Source: Clostridiales bacterium
GTDB lineage: Bacteria; Bacillota; Clostridia; Oscillospirales; Oscillospiraceae
Reading direction: 5' to 3'
Assembly: GCA_004557735.1 (NCBI GenBank)
Contig: SFFV01000010.1
Coordinates: forward strand, 2,403 to 66,402
DNA length: 64,000 nucleotides
This document shows, in pieces, positions 36,460 to 49,003 of the stretch. Made by a program: the position numbers and the translations under genes. The first letter of the stretch is position 1, and each line of letters starts with the position of its first letter. A model generated the notes under the pieces. That model ran no database searches. It was not told the DNA's origin and was given only the letters and a program-made list of their open reading frames with translations.

Positions 36460-38223
36460 TCACGACAGTCTCTGCGTATTCCAGAGCGCGGCATAAAGCC
36501 CGTTTTTCTCCATCAGCTCTTTGTGCGTGCCGTATTCGCTCACGCCCTCCTTATCGATGACGGCGATGTGGTCCGCGCCGCGGACCGTGGCGAGCCGGTG
36601 CGCCACAACGATCGTCGTACGCCCGCGGCTGAGCTTTTCGAGCGACGCCTGAATGGCGGCCTCGGTCACGCTGTCGAGCGCGCTCGTCGCCTCGTCGAGC
36701 ACGAGAATCGGCGGGTTTTTCAAAAACACGCGCGCAATGGCGATGCGCTGCTTCTGTCCGCCGGAGAGCATCGCGCCGCGCTCGCCGACGAACGTATCGT
36801 ATCCCTGCGGCATTTCCATGATCTCGTCGTGGATGGACGCGAGTATCGCCGCGTGCGCGACCTCCTCGTCCGTTGCGTCGGGGCGGCCGTAGCGGATATT
36901 TTCGCGCACGGTGTCGGCAAAGAGGAACACGTCCTGCTGGATGATGCCGATGTACCGGTGCAGCGAGGACTGCGTGACGGAGCGCACATCCTGCCCGTCC
37001 ACAAGGACCTGCCCGCCGGTCACATCGTAAAACCGCGGCAGGAGCTGGCTGAGCGTCGTCTTGCCGCTCCCCGACGGCCCGACGAGCGCGAGCGTTTCGC
37101 CCGGCGTGATCGTGAGATTCACATGGCGCAGCACCTCTTCGCCGTTCCGGTAATGGAACGACACGTCCCGGTACTCCACGCCGCCTTTTACGTTTTCAAG
37201 CTCCTTGGCGTCCGGCGCGTCCTTCACGTCCGGCTCGGTGCGCATGATCTCCAGAAACCGGAGGAAGCCGGAGCTCCCCTTCTGGAACTGCTCGACGAAC
37301 TGCGTGAGCTTTCGGACCGGCGCCATAAACACCGAAACGTACAGCGAAAACGTGATGAGATCGACCGCGTCCATTTTGCCCCGCAGGATGAACAGGCCGC
37401 CGGCGGCGAGCGTCACGAGCTGCATGAGCGCCATGGCAAATTCGGTCGAGGCGTTGAAGGCGCCGAAAATGCGGTAATAGCTTTTTTTGACCTTTTTGAA
37501 TTTCTCGTTGGATGCGCGGAACTTGTCCATGGCGTCCTGCTCGTTGGCGAACGCCTTGACGGTGCGGATGCCGGAAACGCCCGCCTCCACGGCGGTGTTG
37601 ATCTCGGCGGTCTCGCGCTTCACGTCCAGACTGCGCGCCCGCAGCCGCAGCCGCAGCCGCATCACGACCGCGAGCATCAACGGCAGCAAAAGAAGAAGGA
37701 TCAGAGTAAGCTCCCAGCGGATCGTGGCGAGAACGGCGAGCGCCCCGACGATCGTGAGAAAGGCCTGGACCACGGTTTCCGGGCCGTGGTGGGCAAGCTC
37801 GGTGATATCGAAAAGATCGGTCGTCATGCGGGACATGAGCTTGCCGGTGCGGTGCTTATCAAAGAAGGCGAACGAGAGCGTCTGCACCTTGGCAAAAATA
37901 TCCTCGCGCATGTCCGCCTCAACGCGCACGCCGAGCTCGTGGCCGTACACGGTCACGATATACTGCGCGAGCGCCCGCAGCAGATACGCGCCGAGAAGCC
38001 CCGCCATCAGCAGGAAAAAGGCTTTGTACAAGCCGTTCGGCAGCAGACGGTTGAGCGCGTAGCGCGTGGCGTACGGGAACACCAGCTCCGCCGCCACGGC
38101 GAGGACCGCCATGGCGAGATCGAGAAGCAGCAGCTTCCTGTGCGGGGCATAGTAGGAAAAGAACACCCGCACGCTGCCCTGCGTAAAGTCTTTCTTTTTC
38201 TTTACGTTCTTCACGGTGATCAC
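36460..38223 (-). CDS. ABC exporter, fused permease / ATP-binding protein (MsbA / multidrug type)
   Basis: 587 aa with six N-terminal TM helices, Walker A GPSGSGKTT, LSGGQKQRIAIAR and Walker B ILVLDEATSALD. Confidence 0.85.
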   Translation of the reverse strand: MITVKNVKKKKDFTQGSVRVFFSYYAPHRKLLLLDLAMAVLAVAAELVFPYATRYALNRLLPNGLYKAFFLLMAGLLGAYLLRALAQYIVTVYGHELGVRVEADMREDIFAKVQTLSFAFFDKHRTGKLMSRMTTDLFDITELAHHGPETVVQAFLTIVGALAVLATIRWELTLILLLLLPLMLAVVMRLRLRLRARSLDVKRETAEINTAVEAGVSGIRTVKAFANEQDAMDKFRASNEKFKKVKKSYYRIFGAFNASTEFAMALMQLVTLAAGGLFILRGKMDAVDLITFSLYVSVFMAPVRKLTQFVEQFQKGSSGFLRFLEIMRTEPDVKDAPDAKELENVKGGVEYRDVSFHYRNGEEVLRHVNLTITPGETLALVGPSGSGKTTLSQLLPRFYDVTGGQVLVDGQDVRSVTQSSLHRYIGIIQQDVFLFADTVRENIRYGRPDATDEEVAHAAILASIHDEIMEMPQGYDTFVGERGAMLSGGQKQRIAIARVFLKNPPILVLDEATSALDSVTEAAIQASLEKLSRGRTTIVVAHRLATVRGADHIAVIDKEGVSEYGTHKELMEKNGLYAALWNTQRLS

Positions 38224-38654
38224 ACAAGCCTTTCGCGCTCCGCGACGGCAAGCGCGTCGCAGCGGTTATTGTATTCGTTGTCGGCATGGCCGCGCACCCA
38301 GACGGCGGTGACGCGGTGCTTTTGCAGGAGGCTGTCCAGCTCCTGCCACATCTCCGCGTTTTTCAGCTCGCCGTCGCGCCGCTTCCAGCCGCGCTTTTTC
38401 CAGTCGCGCAGCCAGCCGTTATTCAAGGCGTTCACAATATACTGGCTGTCGGAATAAAGCTCCACGGCGCACGGTTCTTTGAGCGCCCTGAGTCCTTCGA
38501 TGACGCCCGTAAGCTCCATACGGTTGTTCGTCGTGTCCTTTTCGCCGCCGGAGAGCTCCTTTACGTTCTCGCCGTAGCACAAAATGGACGCCCAGCCGCC
38601 GGGACCGGGGTTGCCGGAGCAGGCGCCGTCGGTATACAGAATGACGTTCTTCAT
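38220..38654 (-). CDS. rnhA: ribonuclease HI
   Basis: ORF 38220..38696 trimmed to ATG 38652-38654. Has LYTDGACSGNPGPGGW, TNNRMEL, SDSQY and W.KNGWK-like ...GWLRDWKKRGWK..., colinear with E. coli RnhA. Confidence 0.85.
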   Translation of the reverse strand: MKNVILYTDGACSGNPGPGGWASILCYGENVKELSGGEKDTTNNRMELTGVIEGLRALKEPCAVELYSDSQYIVNALNNGWLRDWKKRGWKRRDGELKNAEMWQELDSLLQKHRVTAVWVRGHADNEYNNRCDALAVAERERLV

Positions 38655-38679
38655 ATTTCTCCCTGAATGCTTCTCCCTC

Positions 38680-39060
38680 TTACAGTCCGCGCTCATAGCG
38701 TTCGCGCAGCGCGCGGTATTCGGCCTTGTCGATGATGCCGTTTTTCAGAAACGCGTCGAGCTGCGCGATGCGCTGCGCTCTGTCGTGGGCGAAATGATCC
38801 TCGCCGGTATTGTCGCACACGACGCACGCGGCGTCCGGCATGTCCGGCGGCAAGGGCTGCCGCGGCGCCACGCGCCGCGGCGGGGCGGGGCGGTACGGCG
38901 CGCTCTGCGCCTGCGCCATCCGCTCGTCCCGCTTTTTGAGCTGTTCTTCCAGCGTCGTACCGGAGGGGGTGATCCATTTCCTGGCATTTCGCGCCACATA
39001 CCTGACGACCGCCGCGACGATCAGAACAACTATAACAGAAACAAAATAATTCGTGTTCAT
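38680..39060 (-). CDS. membrane-anchored protein with a C-terminal SHOCT-like domain
   Basis: 126 aa with an N-terminal TM helix (YFVSVIVVLIVAAVV), a Pro/Arg-rich linker and C-terminal ...LDAFLKNGIIDKAEYRALRERY. Its ATG directly abuts the gyrA stop (TAAATG). Confidence 0.55.
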   Translation of the reverse strand: MNTNYFVSVIVVLIVAAVVRYVARNARKWITPSGTTLEEQLKKRDERMAQAQSAPYRPAPPRRVAPRQPLPPDMPDAACVVCDNTGEDHFAHDRAQRIAQLDAFLKNGIIDKAEYRALRERYERGL

Positions 39061-41568
<2,508 letters not shown>

Positions 41569-41580
41569 TATGCCGCCTCC

Positions 41581-43512
<1,932 letters not shown>

Positions 43513-43530
43513 GGGTGTTCCTCCATGAGT

Positions 43531-43791
43531 TTAATCAAAGGATATATTCTCCGCGCGCTTTAAAAGCGTCGCGGTGTTGAGCTGCGATAGATAGATCCGG
43601 GTAACTCCGTCCTCCCGGCAGACGACGAACGATTTGGGAAGATCGTCCGCCACGTTCACGACCTTGCCCGCCTTCTCCGCGGCGCGGAGCGCGTCCCGCG
43701 TAATATGCGAGGAGCTGGCGTTATCCAGGTCGCACACGGCGACGATGCTGTCGGTCCGCACGACCGTTTCCGCGCCTAAGTGGAGGTACAT
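43531..43791 (-). CDS. remB: DUF370 / RemB-like small protein
   Basis: 86 aa in the conserved position between recF and gyrB, as B. subtilis yaaB/remB. Overlaps the recF 3' end by 16 nt. Confidence 0.7.
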   Translation of the reverse strand: MYLHLGAETVVRTDSIVAVCDLDNASSSHITRDALRAAEKAGKVVNVADDLPKSFVVCREDGVTRIYLSQLNTATLLKRAENISFD

Positions 43792-44894
43792 GATCCGTTT
43801 ACCCGTCCTTTGTCCATATAAAGTACGCGCCCGCCCGTCATGCGCTCGACGCTTGCCGCCTCACAGCAGCTCACGAGCGTCTGTCCGCCGCCGATGCGGT
43901 TCAAAACAAACTCCTGCCGGGCGCTGTCCAGCTCGGAGAGCACGTCGTCGAGCAGCAGCACCGGCGTTTCGCCGGTCTCGGCAAGAAAGATATCCCGCTC
44001 GGCGAGCTTCAGGGAGAGCGCCGCCGTGCGCGTCTGTCCCTGGGAAGCGTAGCTGCGCGCATCCGCGCCGTTGATGGCGATCAGAAGATCGTCCTTATGC
44101 GCGCCGACAAGACAGAGACCGCTGTCGAGCTCCGCGCCGCGAAGCTGGCGCTGCCGCTCGGACACGGCCTCGTATATCTCCCGCTCGCCCGCCGCCGGAT
44201 CGGCCACGGTCGAAACGGTGGTATAAGTGAGCGTAAGTTTCTCCGCGCCGCGGGAAAACTCGCTCTGCACGCTTTGCGCGGTCTCGGAAAGCCTCCGTGC
44301 AAACGACGCGCGGTAACGGATGATCTTCGCCGAGCACAGGCACATTCCGTCCGAAAAGACGTCCAGCGTATCCAAAAGCGAGGGCTTTTCCCGCCAGTCG
44401 CGCAATATGCGCGTTTTGTTCTCCTGCAGCCGCCGGTATTCGGCGATGAGCGCGCCGTACCCGGGGCGGAGCTGGGTAATGGCGGCGTCAAGCATCCGCC
44501 GCCGCAGAGAGGCGGCGCCGCGGATCATGGCAAGATCGTCCGGGGAGAAGAGGATCGCTTTCAGACACTGCTCCGTTTCCCCCGCCAGGAGCTTCACGCC
44601 GTTGCGCTTCATCGTGCGCGTCCGGCCGCGGCGGAGCAGGATCTCCAAACGCTGTTCGCGCCCGGACGCGAAATACTCCCCGCGCACCGCCGCCTCGTCC
44701 TTTTCAAAGGCGATAAGCTCCTTATCGTAATACGTGCGGAAGCTCTTCGCGCCGGTGAGCATGTACACCGCTTCCAGAAGCGTCGTTTTCCCCTGTGCGT
44801 TTGCGCCCGCGATAACGTTCACGCCCGGCGAAAATTCGCACCGGCCGCTCTGCAGCAGACGGAAATTTTCCGTCTGCACGGCATCGACGCGCAT
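43776..44894 (-). CDS. recF: DNA replication and repair protein RecF
   Basis: ORF 43776..44972 trimmed to ATG 44892-44894 (MRVDAVQTENFR...). Has Walker A GANAQGKTTLLEA, signature ...SQGQTRTAALSLKLAE... and LLLDDVLSELD. Its ATG overlaps the dnaN TGA (ATGA). Confidence 0.9.
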   Translation of the reverse strand: MRVDAVQTENFRLLQSGRCEFSPGVNVIAGANAQGKTTLLEAVYMLTGAKSFRTYYDKELIAFEKDEAAVRGEYFASGREQRLEILLRRGRTRTMKRNGVKLLAGETEQCLKAILFSPDDLAMIRGAASLRRRMLDAAITQLRPGYGALIAEYRRLQENKTRILRDWREKPSLLDTLDVFSDGMCLCSAKIIRYRASFARRLSETAQSVQSEFSRGAEKLTLTYTTVSTVADPAAGEREIYEAVSERQRQLRGAELDSGLCLVGAHKDDLLIAINGADARSYASQGQTRTAALSLKLAERDIFLAETGETPVLLLDDVLSELDSARQEFVLNRIGGGQTLVSCCEAASVERMTGGRVLYMDKGRVNGSCTST

Positions 44895-46006
44895 CAGCCT
44901 TCCGAGCGCAGCCGCACGGGCAGGATCATGTAAAGGAAGCTGTCGCCGCCGTCCTCCGGCGTGATGATGCACGGGGCGCTGCCGTTCACAATGTTGATGC
45001 GCAGCGTGTCGGCGGGCGCGGCCTTGAAAGCGTCCATGAGATAGCTGTTGTTGAAGCCGATGATCATCCCGCCGCCGTCGCCCTCGAGCGGGCAGCAGTC
45101 CTCGGCGCGGCCGAGCGGCGTAGCGCAGGTGATGGTGAGCAGGTTATCCCCGAACACGCACCGGAGCGGATTTTTCGTGCGGTCGTCGATGATGAGGCTC
45201 ACGCGGTCCGTGCAGCGGATGAGATCGGCGCGCTGCGCTTTGAGCTGAATGGGAAAATCGCCGGGAACGGTCTTGCGGAAGTTCAGAAATTCGCCCTCCA
45301 GACGGCGGGAGATGAGCACCGTATCGCCCACGGAGAACGAAACGTGCTTGCTGCCGACGGCGATCTTTACCGGCTCCTCGGGACTCATGCAGATCTTTTC
45401 CAGATCGGAGAGAGCAGCGCCCGGCACGATGAATTTCAGGCTTTCCGCATCGCACGTCTCCACGGCCTCGCGGCGGAGCGCCATGCGGTAGCCGTCCACG
45501 GCCACCATGGTCATTATGTTGTTTTCCACCTCGATGAGCGCGCCGGTATACACCGGGCGGGACTCGTTCGTGGAGATGGCGAAGCTCGTTTCGGCGATCA
45601 TGCGCGCCATCGTGTTCTGCGGCAGGGAAAGATTGCTGCTGTAATCCAGCGAGGGCAGCTCCGGAAAATCGTCCGACGCCGTGCCGGAGATGTTGTAGTC
45701 GGCGTTGCCGCAGGCGATGTTCACCGCGTTGTTCCCGTCCGAGCAGACGGAAACGATGCCGTCCGGCAGCTTGCGCACGATGTCGCCGAAGAGCTTGGCG
45801 TTGATCACAACGCTGCCCGGCGCGGAAACGTCCGCTTCGAACGTCGTATAAATGCCCTTTTTGAGATCGTAGCCCGTGATGCGGACATTGTGTCCGGCCT
45901 CGATGAGCAGGCCTTCCATCGCCGGGATCGGGCTTTTGGAGGCGGCAGCGCGGCCCGCGGTGGCTACAGCGAGACTGAGCAGATATTTTTCACAGGTGAA
46001 TTTCAT
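44894..46006 (-). CDS. dnaN: DNA polymerase III beta sliding clamp
   Basis: 370 aa starting MKFTCEKYLLS... with three-domain clamp length. Sits directly downstream of dnaA. Confidence 0.95.
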   Translation of the reverse strand: MKFTCEKYLLSLAVATAGRAAASKSPIPAMEGLLIEAGHNVRITGYDLKKGIYTTFEADVSAPGSVVINAKLFGDIVRKLPDGIVSVCSDGNNAVNIACGNADYNISGTASDDFPELPSLDYSSNLSLPQNTMARMIAETSFAISTNESRPVYTGALIEVENNIMTMVAVDGYRMALRREAVETCDAESLKFIVPGAALSDLEKICMSPEEPVKIAVGSKHVSFSVGDTVLISRRLEGEFLNFRKTVPGDFPIQLKAQRADLIRCTDRVSLIIDDRTKNPLRCVFGDNLLTITCATPLGRAEDCCPLEGDGGGMIIGFNNSYLMDAFKAAPADTLRINIVNGSAPCIITPEDGGDSFLYMILPVRLRSEG

Positions 46007-46079
46007 GGTAATTCCTCCGTTTCTTCCAGAAAGAAAGACAGAATATTTTTCAGAAGCGAGTATCAGTAGAGCAAAAACT

Positions 46080-46225
46080 TGTGGAAAACTCCGGGAAAGC
46101 CTTGAAGATCAAGAAAAACCGATGTGGAAAACTTCGCCGGTTTTTTCCACAGTTTCCACAGCGGAGAGAGGAAAAAAAGTTTTGAACATTTATAAACAGT
46201 TTTTCCACATACATTCTGTGGAAAA
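46080..46225. promoter_or_regulatory. oriC: DnaA-box cluster (oriC segment) in the dnaA-dnaN spacer
   Basis: Six 9-mers: TGTGGAAAA at 46080, 46123 and 46217; TTTTCCACA at 46143 and 46201; GTTTCCACA at 46152. An A+T-rich tract at 46172-46205 lies between boxes. Confidence 0.8.
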
Positions 46226-46239
46226 CGTTATTTTTGGCG

Positions 46240-47550
46240 CTATGCCTTGGAATTGATGTTGTAGGTAACGTCCCGGATGACCATGGCAAACTCCTGGCTG
46301 GCCTGCATCATGTCCTCGATCTTTCGGATGGAGGCGAGCACCGTCGCGTGATTTCGCCCCTCAAACTGCGCGCCGATGTCGGTGAGCGCCATGTTTGTGA
46401 GATTCCGGCAGAGATACATGGCGACCTGCCGCGCCGTGGCGGTGTTTTTCTGGCGGGACTGCCCGCGCAGCGCCTCCTCCGAAACGGAGAAGTACCGCGC
46501 CGTTTCCGCAATGATGACGTTCGGCGTGGGGACGTAGGTCCCGACGCGGATCACGTCCTTGATGGCGCGGCGGACGCTTGAAACGGTGATTTCGTCCTCT
46601 AAAAGATCGCGGTAGGCGGTGAGCTTTTTCACAACGCCCTCAAGCTGGCGGATATTCGATGTGACCGTTTCGCCGATGAACGTCACGACGTCGTCCGGCA
46701 GCACAACGCCGAGCTGCGCGGCCTTGTTGCGCGTGATGGCCATGCGCGTTTCAAGATCCGGCGGCTGCACGTCCGCCATAAGGCCCCATTCGAGCCGCGT
46801 GCGGATACGGTCCTCGAGCTTGTTCATCTCCATCGGCGGGCGGTCGGACGTGACGACGATCTGCTTGCCCGCTTCATAGAGCGTGTTGAACGTGTGGAAG
46901 AACTCCTCCTGCGTCTGCTGCTTGCCGGCGATGAACTGGATATCGTCCATCAGCAGAAGATCGGCGCTGCGGTACTTTGCGCGCAGCTCCTCGCCGCCGC
47001 CGACCTGAATGGCGTGGACGAGATCGTTCGTGAAGTCGTCGCCCTTGACGTACACGATCTTCGCTTTCGGGTTTTTCGCGTGCATCGCGCTGCCGATGGC
47101 GAGAAGAAGGTGCGTTTTGCCGAGACCGGAGTTGCCGTAAATGAAGAGCGGGTTATAGAGCTTGCCGGGATTTTCCGCCACGGCAACGGCGGCGGCATGG
47201 GCGTATTTGTTCGACGGCCCCACGACGAAGTTATCGAACGTGAAGCCCGCGACCTCCGGGAGCGTATCGTCCGTTCTCGTTTCGGAGATGTAGCTGTCCA
47301 GCTCGTCCCCGGCGAGGATCGTCAGCTTGAATTCGGCGGAGAAAAGATCGCTGAGCGCGTCAACGATCGTCTGGGCGAAGCGGGTCTGGATAATGTCGCG
47401 CTTAAACTCCGTGGGCGTGTGTATGACGAGCCGGTTATTCACGATCTCGACCGGCGTGCAGTCGTCAAACCAGGTGTTCAGCGCCGTGGCGGTCAGATTC
47501 TGCCCGAGAACGGCAAGAACGCTGTTCCATATGTCGTTGAGGGAATTCAT
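46240..47550 (-). CDS. dnaA: chromosomal replication initiator DnaA
   Basis: 436 aa with AAA+ Walker A GNSGLGKTHLL, box VII, and C-terminal DNA-binding ...ARQVAMYLCRNLTNMALTDIGAQFEGRNHATVLASIRKIE. Confidence 0.97.
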   Translation of the reverse strand: MNSLNDIWNSVLAVLGQNLTATALNTWFDDCTPVEIVNNRLVIHTPTEFKRDIIQTRFAQTIVDALSDLFSAEFKLTILAGDELDSYISETRTDDTLPEVAGFTFDNFVVGPSNKYAHAAAVAVAENPGKLYNPLFIYGNSGLGKTHLLLAIGSAMHAKNPKAKIVYVKGDDFTNDLVHAIQVGGGEELRAKYRSADLLLMDDIQFIAGKQQTQEEFFHTFNTLYEAGKQIVVTSDRPPMEMNKLEDRIRTRLEWGLMADVQPPDLETRMAITRNKAAQLGVVLPDDVVTFIGETVTSNIRQLEGVVKKLTAYRDLLEDEITVSSVRRAIKDVIRVGTYVPTPNVIIAETARYFSVSEEALRGQSRQKNTATARQVAMYLCRNLTNMALTDIGAQFEGRNHATVLASIRKIEDMMQASQEFAMVIRDVTYNINSKA

Positions 47551-47601
47551 TCTTTCTCTCTCCTTATGATCCGTAAAGTGCCCGGAGGCACTATTATCAG
47601 C

Positions 47602-47629
47602 ATTATAGAATTATACCACTTTTTCACAA
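47602..47629 (-). promoter_or_regulatory. candidate dnaA promoter overlapping a one-mismatch DnaA box
   Basis: The minus strand reads TTGTGA (47629-47624), 16-nt spacer, TATAAT (47607-47602), with a second TGGTATAAT at 47618-47610. Plus-strand TTTTTCACA (47620-47628) is one mismatch from the local box TTTTCCACA. Confidence 0.4.
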
Positions 47630-47638
47630 TGGTGTAAA

Positions 47639-47700
47639 GATATATTATATATAATGTATTATATAATATATTTTAATTATACAGTATATTAAATGCATCT
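47639..47700. other. extreme A+T-rich block upstream of dnaA (candidate DNA-unwinding element or foreign DNA remnant)
   Basis: About 61 nt with only ~7 G/C (GATATATTATATATAATGTATTATATAATATATTTTAATTATACAG...) in an otherwise GC-rich context. Confidence 0.4.
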
Positions 47701-47973
47701 ATTGACTATCCATGCTATTTATTATAGGATAAAAAAGGTTATCTGCACAAACAAGGGTGCAAAAAAAAGTAACTCTGGCAATGAGGATTGTGTGTTTTGT
47801 TGCTACTCTAAAATGCTCTTTCTCGTGTAGAAGCCGCTTGCCTCGGCCAACGAAACTGTGCCCGACGAAAGACAATTCCAAAATAAGACATGGAATGAAG
47901 TCATCGAAGAAATTTTGACGGAAAACAATATTTCCGCAGACAAACTCTCGCTTGGCAATAAAATATCGTGACG

Positions 47974-47990
47974 GAGGAAGATCCTTTTTT
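47974..47990 (+). repeat. 17-nt direct repeat, left copy
   Basis: GAGGAAGATCCTTTTTT, identical to 55735-55751. A colinear 11-mer ATTTTGACGGA (47912-47922) also recurs at 55707-55717. Confidence 0.6.
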
Positions 47991-48061
47991 TAACGGCGAC
48001 ACCCAGGAAGGCCGGTATGCCTGCAGAAAAAAGAAAGCCACATAAGAAAGGAAGAAGAAGA

Positions 48062-49003
48062 ATGATATCGATTATAGTTCCTTGCTACAACGAAGAGGAG
48101 GCTCTCCCGATATTCTATCAAGAATGCAGCGCGGTTCTTTCTTCCATGAATGAAGCGTACGAATTGCTCTTTGTGAACGACGGATCAAAGGATGGGACGC
48201 TTTCTATTCTCAAAGAGCTATCCGAAACGGATGCGTGCGTGAGATATCTTTCCTTTTCCCGCAACTTCGGTAAGGAGAGCGCTATGTTTGCCGGTTTCTG
48301 CAACGCCAAGGGAGATTATGTGGCGGTGATGGATGCGGATATGCAGGATCCACCGTCCCTTCTTCCCCAAATGCTGGAGATACTCCGTACTGGTGAATAT
48401 GACAGCGTGGCTACGCGCCGTGTTGACCGTGCGGGCGAACCACCGCTCCGAAGCTGGTTCGCCCGGCAGTTTTATAAGCTTATCAACTGGATCTCCGACG
48501 CTGATATTGTAGACGGCGCACGCGATTTTCGTTTGATGTGCCGGGAAATGGTAGACGCCATTTTATCCATGAGCGAATATAACCGCTTTTCCAAGGGCAT
48601 TTTCGGTTGGGTAGGCTTTCGTACATACTGGTTGCCGTATGAAAACGTTGAGCGCGTCGCAGGGCAGACAAAATGGAGTTTCTGGAAGCTTTTTAAATAC
48701 GCGGTGGACGGCATTATCAACTTTTCGCAAACACCGCTGAGCGCTATGTTCTGGTTCGGTATGGGTATGGTGGCGATCTCAATCCTCGTGCTGATCTTTC
48801 TGGTCGTTCGGCGTGCCGTCTTCGGCGATCCGGTAGCGGGCTGGGCGTCCACAATCTGCGTCATTATTTTCATCGGCGGAATGCAGACGTTCTTTCTCGG
48901 CGTTATGGGGCAGTACATTGCCAAAACCTATATGGAGACAAAGCATCGTCCGCATTACATTGTATCCGAAACAAACGTGGAAGAGCCGCAGAAGATCCGC
49001 TAA
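48062..49003 (+). CDS. GT2 polyprenol-phosphate glycosyltransferase (GtrB/CsbB-like)
   Basis: ORF 48017..49003, with the likely start at ATG 48062 (MISIIVPCYNEE). Has NDGSKDGT, VMDADMQDPP, and two C-terminal TM helices. Confidence 0.85.
   Translation: MISIIVPCYNEEEALPIFYQECSAVLSSMNEAYELLFVNDGSKDGTLSILKELSETDACVRYLSFSRNFGKESAMFAGFCNAKGDYVAVMDADMQDPPSLLPQMLEILRTGEYDSVATRRVDRAGEPPLRSWFARQFYKLINWISDADIVDGARDFRLMCREMVDAILSMSEYNRFSKGIFGWVGFRTYWLPYENVERVAGQTKWSFWKLFKYAVDGIINFSQTPLSAMFWFGMGMVAISILVLIFLVVRRAVFGDPVAGWASTICVIIFIGGMQTFFLGVMGQYIAKTYMETKHRPHYIVSETNVEEPQKIR

Noticed and set aside
47781-47918. 45-aa Cys-rich small ORF (MRIVCFVATLKCSFSCRSRLPRPTKLCPTKDNSKIRHGMKSSKKF) in the low-GC patch upstream of dnaA
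   Set aside because: No Shine-Dalgarno sequence precedes it. It overlaps a different-frame remnant (...NKTWNEVIEEILTENNISADKLSLGNKIS*) that looks like the decayed 3' end of a real gene, so it is probably a chance ORF in degraded DNA.
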